Source: Macrostomum lignano
Taxonomy: Eukaryota
Length of the DNA stretch: 64,000 bases
Direction: 5' to 3'
Assembly: GCA_002269645.1 (NCBI GenBank)
Contig: NIVC01002284.1
Coordinates: 124,001 to 188,000 of the forward strand
In this document: positions 63,661 to 64,000 of the stretch, in pieces
Layout: the number at the start of each line of letters is the position of its first letter
How positions within the stretch are numbered: position 1 is the stretch's first letter
The notes under the pieces: model-generated
Seen by the model: only the letters and a program-made list of their open reading frames with translations
What the model was told of the DNA's origin: nothing
Databases searched by the model: none
Made by a program: the position numbers and the translations under genes

Positions 63661-64000
63661 GTTAATTTGAGGCCAATTCAAATGTGATCACACATTCACA
63701 CGGCTTGTATTCACATATTTGCTAAAGTATTATGTGCCAAAAAATCAAAGCCTGTTATCCTACTCAATAAGTAGTACCGCGCGCATATATATTTGCACAG
63801 GCATATCGCATTGAAACCCATGCTCCAGCGCCCAGTCAGTTTTGTGTTTTGCACTTCAATTCACTTGTGCGCCATCGCTGCAAATTCCAGCCACTTCAAT
63901 TTGCAGAAGCTGCCAAATCCTTCCGTTGTCACGTGACTGTTTTGATTCTATTTTTAGCTCAGCTTCTAACTAAAGGAGAATGGAGAGCCTCCGCCGATCT

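Overview
Eukaryotic (invertebrate) genomic DNA with GT-AG introns and many minisatellites; the style suggests a flatworm such as Macrostomum (inference only). Host genes: a 3-exon secreted PAN/LamG-like gene, an ankyrin-array + cGAS-like (Mab-21/cGLR) nucleotidyltransferase, a 4-exon HES-type bHLH-Orange-WRPW gene, a profilin-like gene whose two coding exons lie 28.6 kb apart, a PAN + C-type lectin gene, and a SAM-domain exon. The profilin intron holds a nested stack. A 27.6-kb P-like element with terminal inverted repeats (TIRs) and a 7-bp target-site duplication (TSD) contains a THAP exon, a Crypton tyrosine recombinase (YR) gene, a Tc1 remnant and a Ngaro-type YR retrotransposon. The gag SAP domain of that retrotransposon is split by an 18.9-kb head-to-tail Helitron/satellite array. 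Two Crypton YR genes are each flanked by direct repeats of the same GGCCATAGACAA core, and the CCATAGAC octamer is strongly enriched around them. All coordinates were read by eye; no searches were run.
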